A stretch of DNA of 64,000 nt from Thalia democratica (taxonomy: Eukaryota). Below, one piece after another: positions 23,901 to 38,900 of the stretch. Both the position numbers and the translations under genes were made by a program. The number at the start of each line of letters is the position of its first letter. Within the stretch, counting starts at the first letter, position 1. Below the pieces are notes generated by a model. The model ran no database searches. It was not told where the DNA came from and was given only the letters and a program-made list of their open reading frames with translations. The stretch covers positions 42,160,001-42,224,000 of the forward strand of contig OZ241828.1 in NCBI GenBank assembly GCA_965202585.1, read 5' to 3'.

Positions 23901-26900
23901 TTGTACTTTAAGCTTTCGTATTAGATCCAATGTTATTTTTAGTAAAAAAAAAATGTCGGACCTCACCCCCTATGCCTTTAATATTTAATACAAATTTTTT
24001 ATAGGCAGTACTAACTTGGCAGTTTTTTATAGTTAACAAAACTAAAAAAGAATTATTAAATCAACTTATATTACTTGCAGGCACGTGGCTTGGTACGTTT
24101 CTGCAAATCTACAGAAACGTATACTTATATGCGAAAAAACTTGCTTTTATTTCAGCTTAAAAAGACTCTGCTTTCTTAGCTTTAAGTATTCATTTAAACT
24201 TAGTTATGCACTCCTGAGAGATAATTTCGACACGTTTGTAATCTCTAGCACTTTTAGTGTCGTAATGATAAAACGAATCAAATACATCCAAATTGTTACA
24301 TTTAGCGCGTTATAGCTTTAGTTTGTCAAAAAAATGCATTGCAAAATTGATGCTAATGGAAGCTGTAGCTTCAAAAATCAAAATCATACAATTTTGTTAT
24401 TCAGTCAGAGTTGCTGTGTTCCCGCTAGGACGTTATCTGCCGTCATTTCAGATGTTTTAATTTTTGTAGATTCGTAACTTTTTTGAGCTAGCTACGTCCC
24501 TGATTACTTGTTATCTTAAAATCAGCCTAATAATTTTTTTTATATAACAAGGCCTTTAAAAATATAGTCTAGAAAAAAATGAACCTCAGTTTAGACGTCT
24601 AGAGAGTATGATTTGAAGAATAAAGCAGCATAGTTGTCTGTTGCATTATGGTTGCATTCATTTCACAAAGTTATACTTTGTTACATTCGCTTAAAACGCT
24701 TACTTTTATATTATAATTTAAGATTTCTTTTTCAACCTTAACTATTTATATACGCCTTCTAAAATAATTTTTATTTTTCTACAGCTATTTTTTTTTCATA
24801 CGTATGTAAAAATGGTCGGTTTCTAATTTATAAAATAAGTTGGTGTTAGTCAATAATGTAGTTTGATAATAATTGTAACAGACAGTCGCAAGAAGATATA
24901 AATTTGATAATTCCGCTTCGTGATGTTAGTGTTGTTGAAAAAGCTGACAGTTCAAATGTTCTACCTTTTCCTATATCCATAACTACAAGGTTTGTTTTTT
25001 TATATAAAAAAAGAATTTAAAACATTATATAAAAACGGTAAGTTATACTGGCTAGTTGAATGGATTTAGTTCACTGTCAAATAACATAGTTTTTAGTTTA
25101 TGGTAAAGTTTTAAGATAAAATTTCTATAAATTTAATTAGTTTTTATATATAAAATAGACTTAGGGCTAAAAAATCATAAATATAATTCTGTATAGAATC
25201 TTTTAGGGTACAAACTTTATATAAAATGACAAGTGGGCTGAAAAAGGGTAACAAGCGGCCATTGACTTTTTTAGTGACTAAAGAATTTTTGGGTTTTAGG
25301 TATTTTTGGAAGTAAGTTTGACTTTCTGAGGAGTCAGTTAATTTTTTACTCTTTTTAGTCCTAAAGTTTCATTATAAGTTAAATCTTTAACTATTTTTAA
25401 AATAAAAACATACCTTTATTTGTTTGTAAAACTAAGTGGTTTAAATTGTATAATAGTGCTTTTTGTGACTTACCAGCTCACTGCGTGTTATATTTGTTTA
25501 GAATATAAGTATAAATAAAAGTTTGAAGAGTTCTAATATGCCTAATACATTATTTATTTTTGATGATCATACCAATTTGAATAAGTCACAACATTTAAAA
25601 TACATCCTTTAGTAAAATGTATAAATATTATTTCTATTAAAAACTAGTAGTAATATAAATGTAGAGCATTTTAAGATTTAAACAAAAGCTTCAATAGTTT
25701 ATGATAAGTTTCTCTGAAATATTTATGAACAGTTATAGTTTTCTTAAATTTTTATAGTACTTGGTGTTTTTAATAATCATTCATACTAAGTTCAATTATT
25801 TAATTATAATTTTACTGTCTTTAACAGTTGTTTACAATTTTTAATCAGTAAACAAGTACTTTTACAAAGTACAAGCACGTACTTTTATGTACAAAAATAA
25901 GTGTTTTTAAGTTAATTAACAAGTTTCGATTTTACAGCTTGCTATGAACTTTTAGTATTTGAAATTAAATTCAATATATCAATTTTACTTGTTTTAGGAA
26001 CAAGATGGCGTTTTTGTTTGGTCATCTGCAAGACCGTGATTACCTACTCAACATTATTTCGGATTTTCTGTCTAAAACAAAAATTAGAAAATTTCGAAAA
26101 GCTAAATTTTTACATTTAAAGGAAGAACAGGCAAATAAAATGACCAAAGATCAGACTGATACAGACACTGTTAGTAAAATTATGCATTGATAGTTTTAAA
26201 ACTTTTAAACCTAATATTATTTTCTTAGTCTAGTAGAATATCCACAAACAATAAAATAATTTAAAGGGTGCTGGAGATCAAAGTAAACTAAAACAAGTTT
26301 CTGAAGAAAGTAAAACAACCTCAACTGAAGACATACTAAGTACAAGTTTGACTTCTTTGTTCAGTAGGTAAGACCATAGTGCTTGTTCTAGAATCGTTGA
26401 TAAAAGTATACTATTCTAATCCAAAATGAAATAACAACTTTTTTTGTATTTTAATTTTTTTTATAGTGATAGTTTCGATTTGTTTTGCAACAATAAAGCT
26501 TCCTAGGATTTTGCATCTTATTATGTTATATCTACTTAATTTATTAGCTTTACAAACAAATTAAACCCACTTTACTGTATGCACCTTCAATAATTTTTCT
26601 TGTGTTTTAAGCTTTGCTTTTAACTTTCTTTAGACGAGGTTCAAGTGATATTGATCCACGTGAAACTGTAAAAGAGCATTTATGGGGAATACACTTTAGT
26701 GAGTATGGCAGGGGTGTTTGTATGTATCGTACAAACAAGACGAGAGAACTTGTTAGTAAGGTGAGTTGTATATATTTTATTTTTTTCAAGTATTAATCCA
26801 AGTTGATTATTTTTCAACTTGTATAAATTATTGAACAACATTTTATGGTAAACAGGGATAAAACTGTTTATTTAAAACAAGAAGTTTGTGCTTATGTATA

Positions 26901-29900
26901 TTTGAATTATTTAAAAATTGATTTAAACATGCCTTCCAAAAGAATTTGTTTAAGCATGACACTAATCTTTAGTTTAGAGGGAATTTCAATACCAAAATAA
27001 TTAATTAAATTCAATAAAAGTGTCTCATGTAAAAAAAGTGAATATTAAAAATGTTAGCACTAGTTTACTGACAATAAAAAATCTAAAACTTTAGACATTG
27101 TTTGCTATGAAACTTACACAAAACAAAAGCTGCCTGCTAGACTGTATACGTAAAATCTATTTTTGTATTCAAATATTTTATTCTTGTTTTAATAACATCA
27201 TTTCATTTGATAGTTTTATTTTCACAAGTACACTATTTTTTAGGTTTAATAATGTTATGTTGAAAATGCCTCTGTGTACTAGTGTTCATACTTTTTTTCT
27301 AAGAATATTCGTGAACTTTTGTTTCGATTTTGTCTATTTTAGTGAAATATTCTGTTATTTATATTGTAGCTTAAAAAATGAATACAAGTTAAAAAAAGCG
27401 CTAGTTCAAAATAGTATTTTCTTATACAAAACATTATAGATGCATTATACAAATTAGTCTGCATTTTTTACAATTAGTTATATACTTGAAAGTTATGTTA
27501 ATAAGAAACTATAAAATTATTTAAAAAACTAGAGATTATTATGTCATCGTCTTCTCTAGATGCGGTAAATCTTCATATTAATACAATTTTCCGTTAAAAG
27601 AATGTATTTTATTGATAATTTTTTAAATGACGATTAATACAAAAAGTAGTCTTACATCTAATTATTACTTAAATAAAACGTTAGTTGATTTAGTGAAATT
27701 ATTTTTCACGAGATATTTTAAGTGCACAAAACAAAAAATATTTTTGCTAGAAAATTTACGTTATTTTAAAGTTTATCTCAAATCTATTTTCAAGGGTATA
27801 CCAGACAAATACAGAGGTGAAATTTGGATGGTATATTCTGGCGCTATAAACGAAATGGCTAATCATCAAGGATACTATCAGTCATTAGTAGATCAATGTA
27901 TGGGTAAAGATACCCTTGCCACTGATGAAATAGGTTGTTTTATTTTGTTGATAGCAATTAGAAAAAAGTGATGATTTATATTGATTTAAAATTGTTAAAG
28001 TTTAAAAAAAATGTTAATTTTTATTAAGTTTTTGAAGACTTAATAATAACGTATGTAGCATGTTTTAATTGTCAAGCAATAAATCACTATCTTTTGATGT
28101 TAAAAATTGTTATAGCTCATTAATTAGTAAAAAAATTAAATACTTTTTAGATTTTAAATTTTTAAACAAAGAAAAGTTTCTAATTGACTATAAAAAAAAA
28201 ATAACAGAACGTGATCTACATAGATCTTTACCAGAGCATCCTGCTTTTCAGTCAAAAACAGGTATTGATGCCTTAAGAAGAGTCTTAACAGCTTATGCAT
28301 TTAGAAACCCAAGCATTGGCTATTGTCAGGTATTTTTTTTTAAGTTTCATTTTATACCCAGACACTATAACACTTGTTGCCGTCTTTTATAGTTTGTGCA
28401 AGTAAGTTAACTAAAGTTTTTTAATACTTAAATAAAAAATATTTTAAAAGAACCAAAAAAACTGTATTTGAAGAAAGATATACTTTAATTAGATTAGTTT
28501 TTAAACTGGGTTTTTATTATCTGAAACAGATAGTTGTTAGTTTTATCGAATGGAAAAATAATCATTAAATTAGCTTTTCTGAAAAAACATTCTATTTTAA
28601 AGACTTCTTGAATTTAAATTCTTTAACGTGCCCGATGTATTCTGTGCAGACAATGTTAATATACAAGAAACATAAAACTGACCTTTGTTTTTTGTTATCA
28701 CCTTATTATTTTTGTGATAGTTTATATATTTTTTACTCAGACTATATTTGTTTATATATTTTATAATACTTACTTTTTACGATAACAGCTTAACTTATTA
28801 AGCTTAGTTAGCTTAAAGCTGCAGTTATGAAAACGCAGAAATATTTCGTTTAGACTAAGTAAAGTTACGCTTTTGTAATTATTGTACAAATTAACAAATT
28901 AAATTTCTTCCTATATTGTATCGAAAATTTGCTCACGTAGTTTAAAACAGTATTCGTTTTACAAGTTTGCGCTGTTTATTTTCTATCCTAACCTTTTTTC
29001 CTTAATAGTAGAACTTTTAACTCAATTAACATACTTATAAATGCATATTTTCCTTAATAAAAGTTTGTATGCCAAGAATGTCTACTTCGCTGATTAATGG
29101 TCAACCGTTTTTCTTGGTAAGTTATGAAAATTTTGATTAACACTCGATTCTACCTTTAAACAAGTTTCTTAAAAACAGTACGGTGTAGTTTTTATTATAT
29201 AAGTATTATTGTGTAATATATTTTGATTATCTTTTTGGTAAGAATGGCTTGCTGATAATTCAAGAACAATTCTCCTAGGTAGACACAGCAGTTACAATAA
29301 TTTTAAGTGTTTTCATTATGTAAAAACATAGTTGATGAAGTTTTTGGTTGTTAAAGTTGAATTTTTTTTTTAAGTAGCAACTTTTATTCTTATGTACTTT
29401 GATAAAATTTCGTTATTACCAGGCAATGAATATAGTAACATCAGTTATGTTGCTATTCAACTGTGAAGAGGAAGCTTTTTGGCTGTTAGTTTCTTTATGT
29501 GAGCGACTTCTACCCGACTATTACAACACAAGAGTTGTTGGTGCTCTTGTTGATCAGGTAAGTAGTGTTGCATTATTTAATTCTAAATTTTTTTTGTATT
29601 ACTACTTAAAAATACTTTCTTATTGTTTTAAATAACTTTAAAACAGTATAAAGTAGATTTTTTGTTAAATATTAAACTTCTTTTTAAAGTCTTCTATAAT
29701 TAGTCTTTGCAGAGTTAGTGAAAACAGGTCAGACTTGTATTTTGTTATTAATATTGTAAGCTATCGCAATACAAAAAAAAACAGAAACAATAATAGCTTA
29801 GATTTATTATGTTTTCCTAAAACATTATTTTTACACAGGGTGTTTTTGATATACTAACCAAAAAATATTTGCCTAAAATTCATTCAAAGTTGGAACAACT

Positions 29901-32900
29901 TGGAGTAGTTCGAACTGTAACTTTGTCATGGTTTCTCACTTTGTTCCTATGCAGCATGCCGTTTGATTCAGCAGTGAGAATTGTTGATCTTTTTTTTTAT
30001 GATGGTGCAAAAGTCGTGTTTCAAGTTGCTTTACAAATACTCAAGTTTAACGAAGTAAGTATAATTTTGTTCTATTGTTTCTAATAATAAAATCATTATT
30101 AATGGTGTATTTTTATACACTTTTTCCTCATAAAAGTTTTTATTATTTATTTTAGCAATTTCCTTTATATAAAACAATAAACTTCACCGCACGACCAACA
30201 ACAACAGCATCCGGGACAACCTACGACCGGTTTCGTCCTTTCTAGGACTCATCAGGCAGAATTAGTCGCGAGAAACCGCTGTTGTTTCTCGCGACTAAAC
30301 CTGCCTGATGAGTCCTAAAAAGGACTAAACCGGTCGTAGGTTGTCTCGGATGCTGTTGTTGTTGGTCGTGTGGTGAAGTTCATTGTTTATCATCGATGAC
30401 ATAAAACATCTCAACTTTGTTGATGATAGCCGAAATAAATACTGGCTTTATATTATAATTGTACTTTAAATCTATAATTACAACAGTAAAAACATAAACA
30501 TTAAAATATTTATCAATGTATTATCAAGTTTGTTTTTTACAAAAATATATTTATTGATATTTTTGTAAGAATAAAGATATTTTTAAATTTATTTGTTGTT
30601 AGTCCACAGCAGGGTTTCCCAAACTTTTTTATTTAAAAAAGCTATAGCCCCACTAATAAGATTTCTCAAAAAAACTACCCTTAAAAACGCCTAAGACCCT
30701 TTTTTCGCTCTTCATTATTAACTCCATATCGGCTAGTGTAAATTTAAAATTGTAGTTTTGTGCCTCCCCCCCTCCCCCTCCTTTTTTATACCTTATGACC
30801 CCCTAAATTTCTGAAAATTTTCTTTTATATCTGGTATAAGTTTCAAAACTACCCTTAAATACCTTTTTTTGCTCTTCATTATCAACTCAAGAATATGTAG
30901 TGTAAGTTTGAAATTAATGGCCTCTTTGCTCTTCACAACAACCCCGCCCTTTGGCCTCTTTGTAGCTTAAGACCCCCTAAATTTCTGAAATGGCCCACTT
31001 TAAGAAATCCAGGACTATATTAAGGTCATGATTTCAAAATTTTCGATAAATTTGATTTCCGTTTTTTTACAAACATAGTCATTCGAAATTTTTTCAATCT
31101 TTAACAAACTATATTCTAGAATTTTCTTTTAATATGAACTGAAACTCAAGTTCTAATGCAGCGGTTTAACTTTCCCTTTCTAAAATGAGCCATAAGTCTT
31201 CCTTTTAGTCATAATCTTGCTAAAAGATTTATACTGGCGCTTAAGACTAAATCAAAGATGATAAATCTTTGAGTTTAATTGACCGCATTAAGAATATGAA
31301 TATTTAACTGAGGCAAAAATAAAGTCTAGTAACAAGTTAAGGTAAAATGTTTTGAACGTAGTAAAAAAAATCATTTACTTAATTTTAATGGAAAAACTAA
31401 CTAAGACCATAGGGGCATAAAGATAATTTTTGATAGAAATTAACGTTGGCTCTTGTATGAGAGATTAGAATAAAAACTGTATATTAGTTTTTAAGATATG
31501 TAAAACATTCAATCACTTTTTGAGAGATATTTGTATTTTTAAAAACTTTAATACAAATGTATGGCCACAATTTCTGATTGACAATCTTCTCGAATTAAAA
31601 AAAATCTCTTAACCATATCTAAATTTTATTTATGAACGAAAGACCTCAGTTTTCAGGAACAAAATCCTTATTAATTAAAAAGTTCATGTGTTTAATTTTT
31701 ATAAATACTAGAAAAAAATTAGATTAAACATAAAAATTGGTTTTTTAATATATACTTTTTTAATTAAAAATTTTCTTTGATATTTGTATATAAACATTAG
31801 TAAGGGATTGACCATAAAAGTTTTTAAGATATTAAACGTTCTATTCTAATTGATGAGTTAGTTTTTGAATTTATTTGTGTGTGGTATACCTGCTACGTTA
31901 TCGAACTAACTTTTTTCTAATATCAATTAAAAGGAACAGCTCATTGAAGCTCGCGATGATGGTGAAGCTATGACCATCCTTGCAACTTATTTGTCAAGTA
32001 TAACAAACCGTGAATCAAGACTTCCAAAACTTACCAATTCTACAATGCAGGTGACTGACCAACTAGTTTTCATTTTGATTGCGAAATTATGCAACAATAA
32101 AATATTGTCCACAGTTGGTATATTTTAAGTAGTACTTAATTATTTTCAAAAGTTAATAGCGTTAAAACTGTACGGAAAACCTTGTTACAAAAATAAATGA
32201 AATAAAATTTTTGTATTAATAACAAGTAAATGTGGTATAAAACTTATTTATACAAATTCTAAAAAAAAAATTTTATTCCAACTCAAATAAACTTGAAATA
32301 TTAAATTTTGCATCAATGGCTTATTTGAAAATTTGCAAAAAAGTCTTCTTTTTTAATTAGCTCTTAATGACCTTAAAACTGTTTTTTTTAAATATAATTA
32401 AAACAATTTTTGAAAACCCTAGTATAAAAAATGTTGTCTAAAGAGACTAATTTAAATTTTACTGTAAAAAAAGTTCTCTTTTTTTAAAACTTTAATTTCA
32501 TTAAATATCAAAAAATAGAATTTTATAAAATTATTTGTGTAAACTTAAATCTGTGATAAATCTTAGTGGTGTAATAAACTAATTTTTCAGAGCTCGGCAA
32601 TGCCGCTACGTATCAAGCCAGCACCAGCTATAGATATATCAGACCTTATTAAAAGCGCCTATGAAAATTACAACTCTTTAGTTACAGCGGAAAACGTTGA
32701 AAAAATGCGTTTCAAACAACGGATGGAAGTAATTATTTTGTAGTAGAAAGTTTTATAACGTAAAACATTTTATATGGAATTTTTTAAATATTATCTTCAA
32801 ATAGTAAAAGTACATTCTCAAATAGTTGTTAGGAACTTTTGTGGAAGTCTTATATTAATTTTTAATTATGTTAAACATCAATTTTAAGGTAGTGCAAAGA

Positions 32901-35900
32901 TTGGAAGATTCCACAGTTAAAGCGGTCGTTCGAGGTCTGCAACAACAAAGTGGTTTTGAATTCGAGGAATTAAAACAACTTTTCCTTCTGTTTAGAGAAG
33001 AAAGTTTGACTAAGTTTGTCCCTCTACTATTTCTGATGAATAAAGTAGATAGACTTATTTACAAATTTATATAACTTTTAATGAAATTTAGTTTTTGGAT
33101 CTTTTTTTTAGGAGTTATTTTTGAGGTAAAAAAGAAAATAAGTTCAAACACAATATTAATATAAATAAAAAAATTACATTAAAAAAAATTGTACTAAACT
33201 TTTGTTTTTGTTTTTAATAAAAACAAATTATACAGTAATCTTCCTTTATTGTACCAACATATGTTTCTGTTTGTTAACGAATCAACACACTTCAAATGGG
33301 TTCTGTAAAAAATAATTACTGTAATGTAAGAATAGAAGCATAGAATAAAGTAGGTGAATTCATGTTTTCATTAAAATAAAAATAAAATAATTTCTACAGA
33401 TTTTTACAGGTTAATAGTTAATAATAGGTAAAATACTTAAAGTTAAATCCGACTGTTATAAAACTATATAATATTTGTAATTATTAAGTCTAAACTAAGT
33501 AAAGTAAACTAAAATCCACAACAAAACAACAAATCATAATATAAACAAACCACTTACTTAAATGGAAAGAAATACTGATTCAAATTTATTTTACTGTTGT
33601 CAATGATTGAATAAAATATTCATTCATTGTTCACATTTATCCTTATTTATATTGTTCATTCATTGTTCACTATTAACCTGTAAAAATCTGTAGAAATTAT
33701 TAAAATTTAAGCTTGTAGTCCTATAGTTATCAAAATAAGTTGTATAAATGTAACCCAATTAACTGTGAGACAGTTAGAATTATTTTTAACGGCTTCCTCA
33801 TCGAAAAACTTCATACCATTTACAGGCGTGTCCTTTACAACCAAGAGCAACAGTATCAAGTACTATGCCAGTTTAAGTTTTTGAAATAGATTTCTAGTTA
33901 ATGCTTAAAAAAAAGGTTTTGCGTTGTTATAAAACATTAATTTTTATTCAGGTCTTATTGGGGAACAAACACAAAAACTTTAAATGAGCAAAGCATGAGT
34001 TCGTCAAGTGCCCAGTATGAGCATTACACAATTGATTTCGAGCAGTTTAAGTTTGTATAATTTTTATGTTGTAAAAACAAGAGTTTGACTCACATCTTTT
34101 AAAGAATAATTTTGTTAATACATAGTTAGATTTAGCACAAATAAATCTCATTGGTGAACCATTTGTGGTTGTTCACAAATTCATAACTTTTATTTAAATG
34201 AATTTATTAACAACAATTTTCTTACTGTAATTTTATACTGTTTTAGTTTTATTAAAACTATAGAAAGTTTATAATGCATATTTTTAGGTTAAACTTTTGT
34301 TATAGTTGTAGATATTATTAGTTATTATTGTTATTACTAATCTTAACTTTATAATTTTATCATAATTTTAAATATCATCAAAAAAAAGTTATTTAGCATA
34401 GATGATAATTTATTTACTTTTACAACTATGTATATAAAAAATTATATTTATAAAATTAGTAATGATTATAAACTCTGAATAATAATTTTTGAATACTTCT
34501 ATAGGGAATTATTTAGAGAGCTTTCTCCATGGTGGAGTAATGAAAACTGTGACAAAATTGCTAAACAAATATTTGTAATTAATGATTCAGAAAAAACAAG
34601 TCAAATCAATTTCAAGGTATAAAAATAGCTTTTATTTTCTTTTCATAAACTATTTTTATTCTAAGCAAAAAAAAAAAAACATAAATTAGTAAACAATTTA
34701 TTTTGTTTTATTTTAAGATACAGGCTTGTCAAAAAACCTGGAAATTTAAAAATCTAGGCTAAAAGAACCTGGAGTTTAAAACAAAAGTCGCTAGAAAACC
34801 TGGAAAAACTTTAAATTTTAAATTATTTATAGTTGTAAAGTTATGAAATTTAGGTTTATCTATCATATAAAGTTATTATTTGCAGTATTTAGAATTATTT
34901 TTATTATAAAACACATTTTAAGTAGCATGAAAGTACCTTTTCATTGTTATTGAATATTGAATTTTTAAGAAAGTTTCTTACTCAAAGTGGACAAAAAACC
35001 TTGTACTTTTAAAAACCTGGAAATAGTTCAGAAAGCATTTGAAAACCTTGTAAAATGGTTTTTAAAAATTGAGTACTGAGAAAGGTCTGTAATATTTTGT
35101 ACAAACTAATAAGTTTTCTTTTGATCACTTCATATCCAGTCGAAAAATCTTTTGGTTACTTAAGTTTTAAATACTTTTCGTTTGTTAGAAACTGTTGTTC
35201 AACTTAAACTGTTCATACTTTATTTTTTACTGAATATATACTTAAGTAAAACTTTAATCTTAACTATTAGCTTTTGACTGATTATTGCTAAAATTATATC
35301 AATTTTTATTTGTTATATTTTAAATTTTACTCTAGTTATTATAAATGGTGAGTAAATAGGTGCATATAAACTGTCTTATACAAGTTAGCTTTATATGTTT
35401 TACACTTACAATTTGTTCTTTGTTTTAGTTTAAATTATAACAAGTCCCTCATTTTGCCTTTGCCTAGGTATTTCTAACATTTTCTACAGTGGAATTTAAA
35501 GATGATTAATATTTTGAGGGTATATTTAATTTACATTTAAAATAAAATTAACTATTTTTTAGATATTTATCCAGTTTTGAAAAATATTTGTTTAAAGTTC
35601 TTAAACGTTTAAGTTTTTATGTGCATCTATTGACTGCTTAGAAGTTTTAATCAAGAGTATCAATTTTCTTTTCTGATAAAAATAAAGTATAAAAGAATAA
35701 TAAAAACAGTATTATTTTACTGTATTAATAGATAAGTATAATAAAACTAGGTAATGCTAAATTATTATTACTATTTTTTCTGCAGGATTTTTCTATTTCT
35801 TTAGGAACTATTTGTCACGGTGACCATCAAAAAAAACTAAAATTGCTTTTCAAACTTCATCTAGTTGATTTAAACACTATGTTTGATGAAAATGATGATT

Positions 35901-38900
35901 TATTTTCCGAAAGTGGCTCTACTAGTACTCTACTAAACAGTCCGACTTCTGAAGATAAACGCTCTGTTACAAGTAAGTTTTTTGAAGTGTTTCTAAATTT
36001 TACATGACATTGTTCGTCTTAATTTACAAAAATAGTTTTAATTTTAGTTTTATTACGACTCGATTTTTTTGATTAAAATAGGTGTCTTACGAAATCCAGT
36101 TGTATTTTTATTTTAATCTTACATATAGTAACAAATTAAAACTACTTAAGTTGTCTGAAAATATATGAATTAAGTTATTTATACTAATTTAATTACATCT
36201 TAATTATAAGTTATCAAACAGCTTTGAGTTTTTTAGTTGAATTTTTTAAACTATACTACAAATAGTAGTTTTTAAACAAAATTTAATATAAATATATCTA
36301 AAAATCATTTTTTTAAACATTACATTTAAAATAAATAAAAAAAACTAAATATTATTTCAATAAAAACTAATTTTGAATAAAATTAATAAACCTTTTAGAG
36401 ATTAAAATATAGTCATTTTTTTTTTTACATAATAGTTTTAGAATTAAGATTTGTTAGTTCAGTTTTAGTGATTTTTGTTTGTAACAACAATTAACCAGTA
36501 TTTATTATGGCCATCATCAACAAAGTTGAGATGCTTCGCGCCATCAATAATAAATAATGAACTTTAACACTTGACCATCAACAACAGTATCCGAGAAAAC
36601 TTCGACCGGTTTCGCCCTTGTTAGGACTCATCAGGCATATAATAACGATTAAATGTTGTTTTAAAAGAAAAGGATGTTTAGGATAATTTTTTAGTTTAAT
36701 TTGAGAAATATTTTTGTCTTACTCTCATTGGTAAAAAAATTGGGCAACTAATAATAAAAACAAAGTATATAATCTGACTCAGGGGTCAGCAGGCATTTGG
36801 TGGTCGCGGGCCAAAGTTTGAAAATGAACATATTCGCGGGCCGCAGTTATAATTTTATTACTTACTCTTCATAACAGACCCGAAATATTTTGTGTAAGTT
36901 TCGAATTTACCTTGAAATGTATCTTTAACCTTTTTTTTGATTTCCACTTAAAAAAACAGAATATCTAGTCTAAATTTTAAGATTTCTTATTAGCGCGCCG
37001 CAAGTATTACTTTTCATGGGCCGCATTTGGCCCGTGTGCTGCAGTTTGCCAACCATTGGTCTAACTAAAACGTTTTAAATGTATTGTAGTAGTTATGCAT
37101 TGTGTTTTTTTGAAGTTATGCATCGCCAAAAATTATTTACAATTAAAAATAATTTGATCAAAATATTAACTTGACTAGGAGTCATTTTAAGGCAGTTAAA
37201 ACTGATGAGGTAATAAATTTTAATTAAAAATTAAGCTTGTTATATAAAGGCTAACTACAATAAACCGTACCACTGTCTTATTATACCAATACAGGAAATA
37301 CCATAAGTTCAATCAATTGAATTAATACTTTAGTTTTAGTTATGATTGTGCTATGCTATGTTTAGTTTAACGTAAGTATATTTAACTCGATTTGATTCTC
37401 AAGGTTCTTTGACTGAAGAGTTGGGAAATTTGAATGTAGTATCTACGAGCAGTTGCAACTCAACAGTGCTTACAAGTGACGAAAATAAGCACGATGAAGT
37501 TTTTACAGCTAAAGATTTAGTGGAGGACCATTATTCTGCAGAAAAACGTTTGATTCCAGAGGAAAACAATACAGTTTTGAAAGATGATCATCAAAATCGT
37601 TCGTTTACTGCAAAAATCATTAAACATATCAACCTAAAGTAATAAACTGTATACAAATAAAAATAATAGTTATTAAATCAAAACTGCACTAAAAGTGCAC
37701 TGGTTTAGTAATATTGTAAAATATTTTTATCTATGATTTAATTAATTTTTCTTATTTTAATTGTATTTTTGTCTTAAAGGGGACAATACAGTTGAAGAAA
37801 ATGTAGAACAAGTTATTGTCAAAGATTACAACTATTATCTCAAAAAATACAGTTCCGAGAATAAAAAAGATGCATCGAATACAAAAGAATTACAACAAAT
37901 AAGTCAAGTAAATATTTTAGATCAACTATTTGTTTTCTTAAACTCAGTTACCAAACCTTTTTAAAATATTGACTACAATTTTTAAAAAATGTATCTTAGA
38001 AAAGTATTAAGTTTTAAATAAATCAAATAATGTTTTATCAGTTAATTTAAATTGAGTCTCGCTTTAAACTTTGTACAAATAGTGCATCAAATCAAATATT
38101 ATATGCTGAAGAAACATATAAAAGTTTTAATACTATAAAAAAAAAATGAAAGTACAATGTTAATATTTTTTTAAATAGAAAAGTATGTTTATTTATGTGT
38201 AGTTATTGAACTTGAAGTATTTAATAAATAGATATAAAATAAATAATTATATTGTTGTTTTACCTAATTTAGTTTAATTACGTTTCATTGTTTAAAATAT
38301 AAAAAAAAAACAAGATATTTTGTAGGATCAGTTTATCCAACTGTGCAAAACTATGTACAACTTGTTTCGAGATCAAATAAACGAACAAGCCTTATACCAT
38401 TCAATTGCGACGGTTGCTAACATTCTTCTTCAAATAGGAGAGGTTAGATGATATTTATTTTAAATATTCGGCTGTTTTTCAAATTGCAAACAAATCGAGA
38501 TCCTAAGCAGCTTACTTTAAACAAATTTATAGTCAAACTGATTTATTTAGAAATAGTTAGTTTGTTTAAATTAAGCGTACCTTACGATGAAATTTAAGTA
38601 TAAAATTGTTAGTGCGCAGCTGGAGAGAAAACAGGGAAAATTTAGTTTTTGCTTTTGATAATGACATACATACTATAAGTTTAAAAACGAGTTGCACCAA
38701 AGTAATAATCACTAAAAGTATGTGAAAACTTACTTCTATTATTATAATGAAAAATTAGAATTAAAAAAATTTAAACTACAACATTGATTTATATATAGTT
38801 ATTTGTTATTGATATTAAATTTATAAGGAAAGTTGTTACACTGTAACGATACCTATCGGCTTAGGTATAATGCTTATGATGGTTGTTGCTCAGTCAGGCT

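Larger units (their letters stand above)
30169..30445. mobile_element. Fold-back hammerhead element (about 220-bp near-perfect palindrome plus 3' tail)
   Basis: 30169-30276 and 30284-30390 are inverted repeats around a 7-nt loop; tail ending ATAAATACTGG shared with 36495. Confidence 0.88.

Noticed and set aside
19106-28392. ORF-track extensions around TBC1D9 exons (19106-19681, 27627-27971, 28069-28392) and ORF 27098-27439
   Set aside because: Intronic read-through of AT-rich sequence; homology is confined to the GT-AG-bounded exons.
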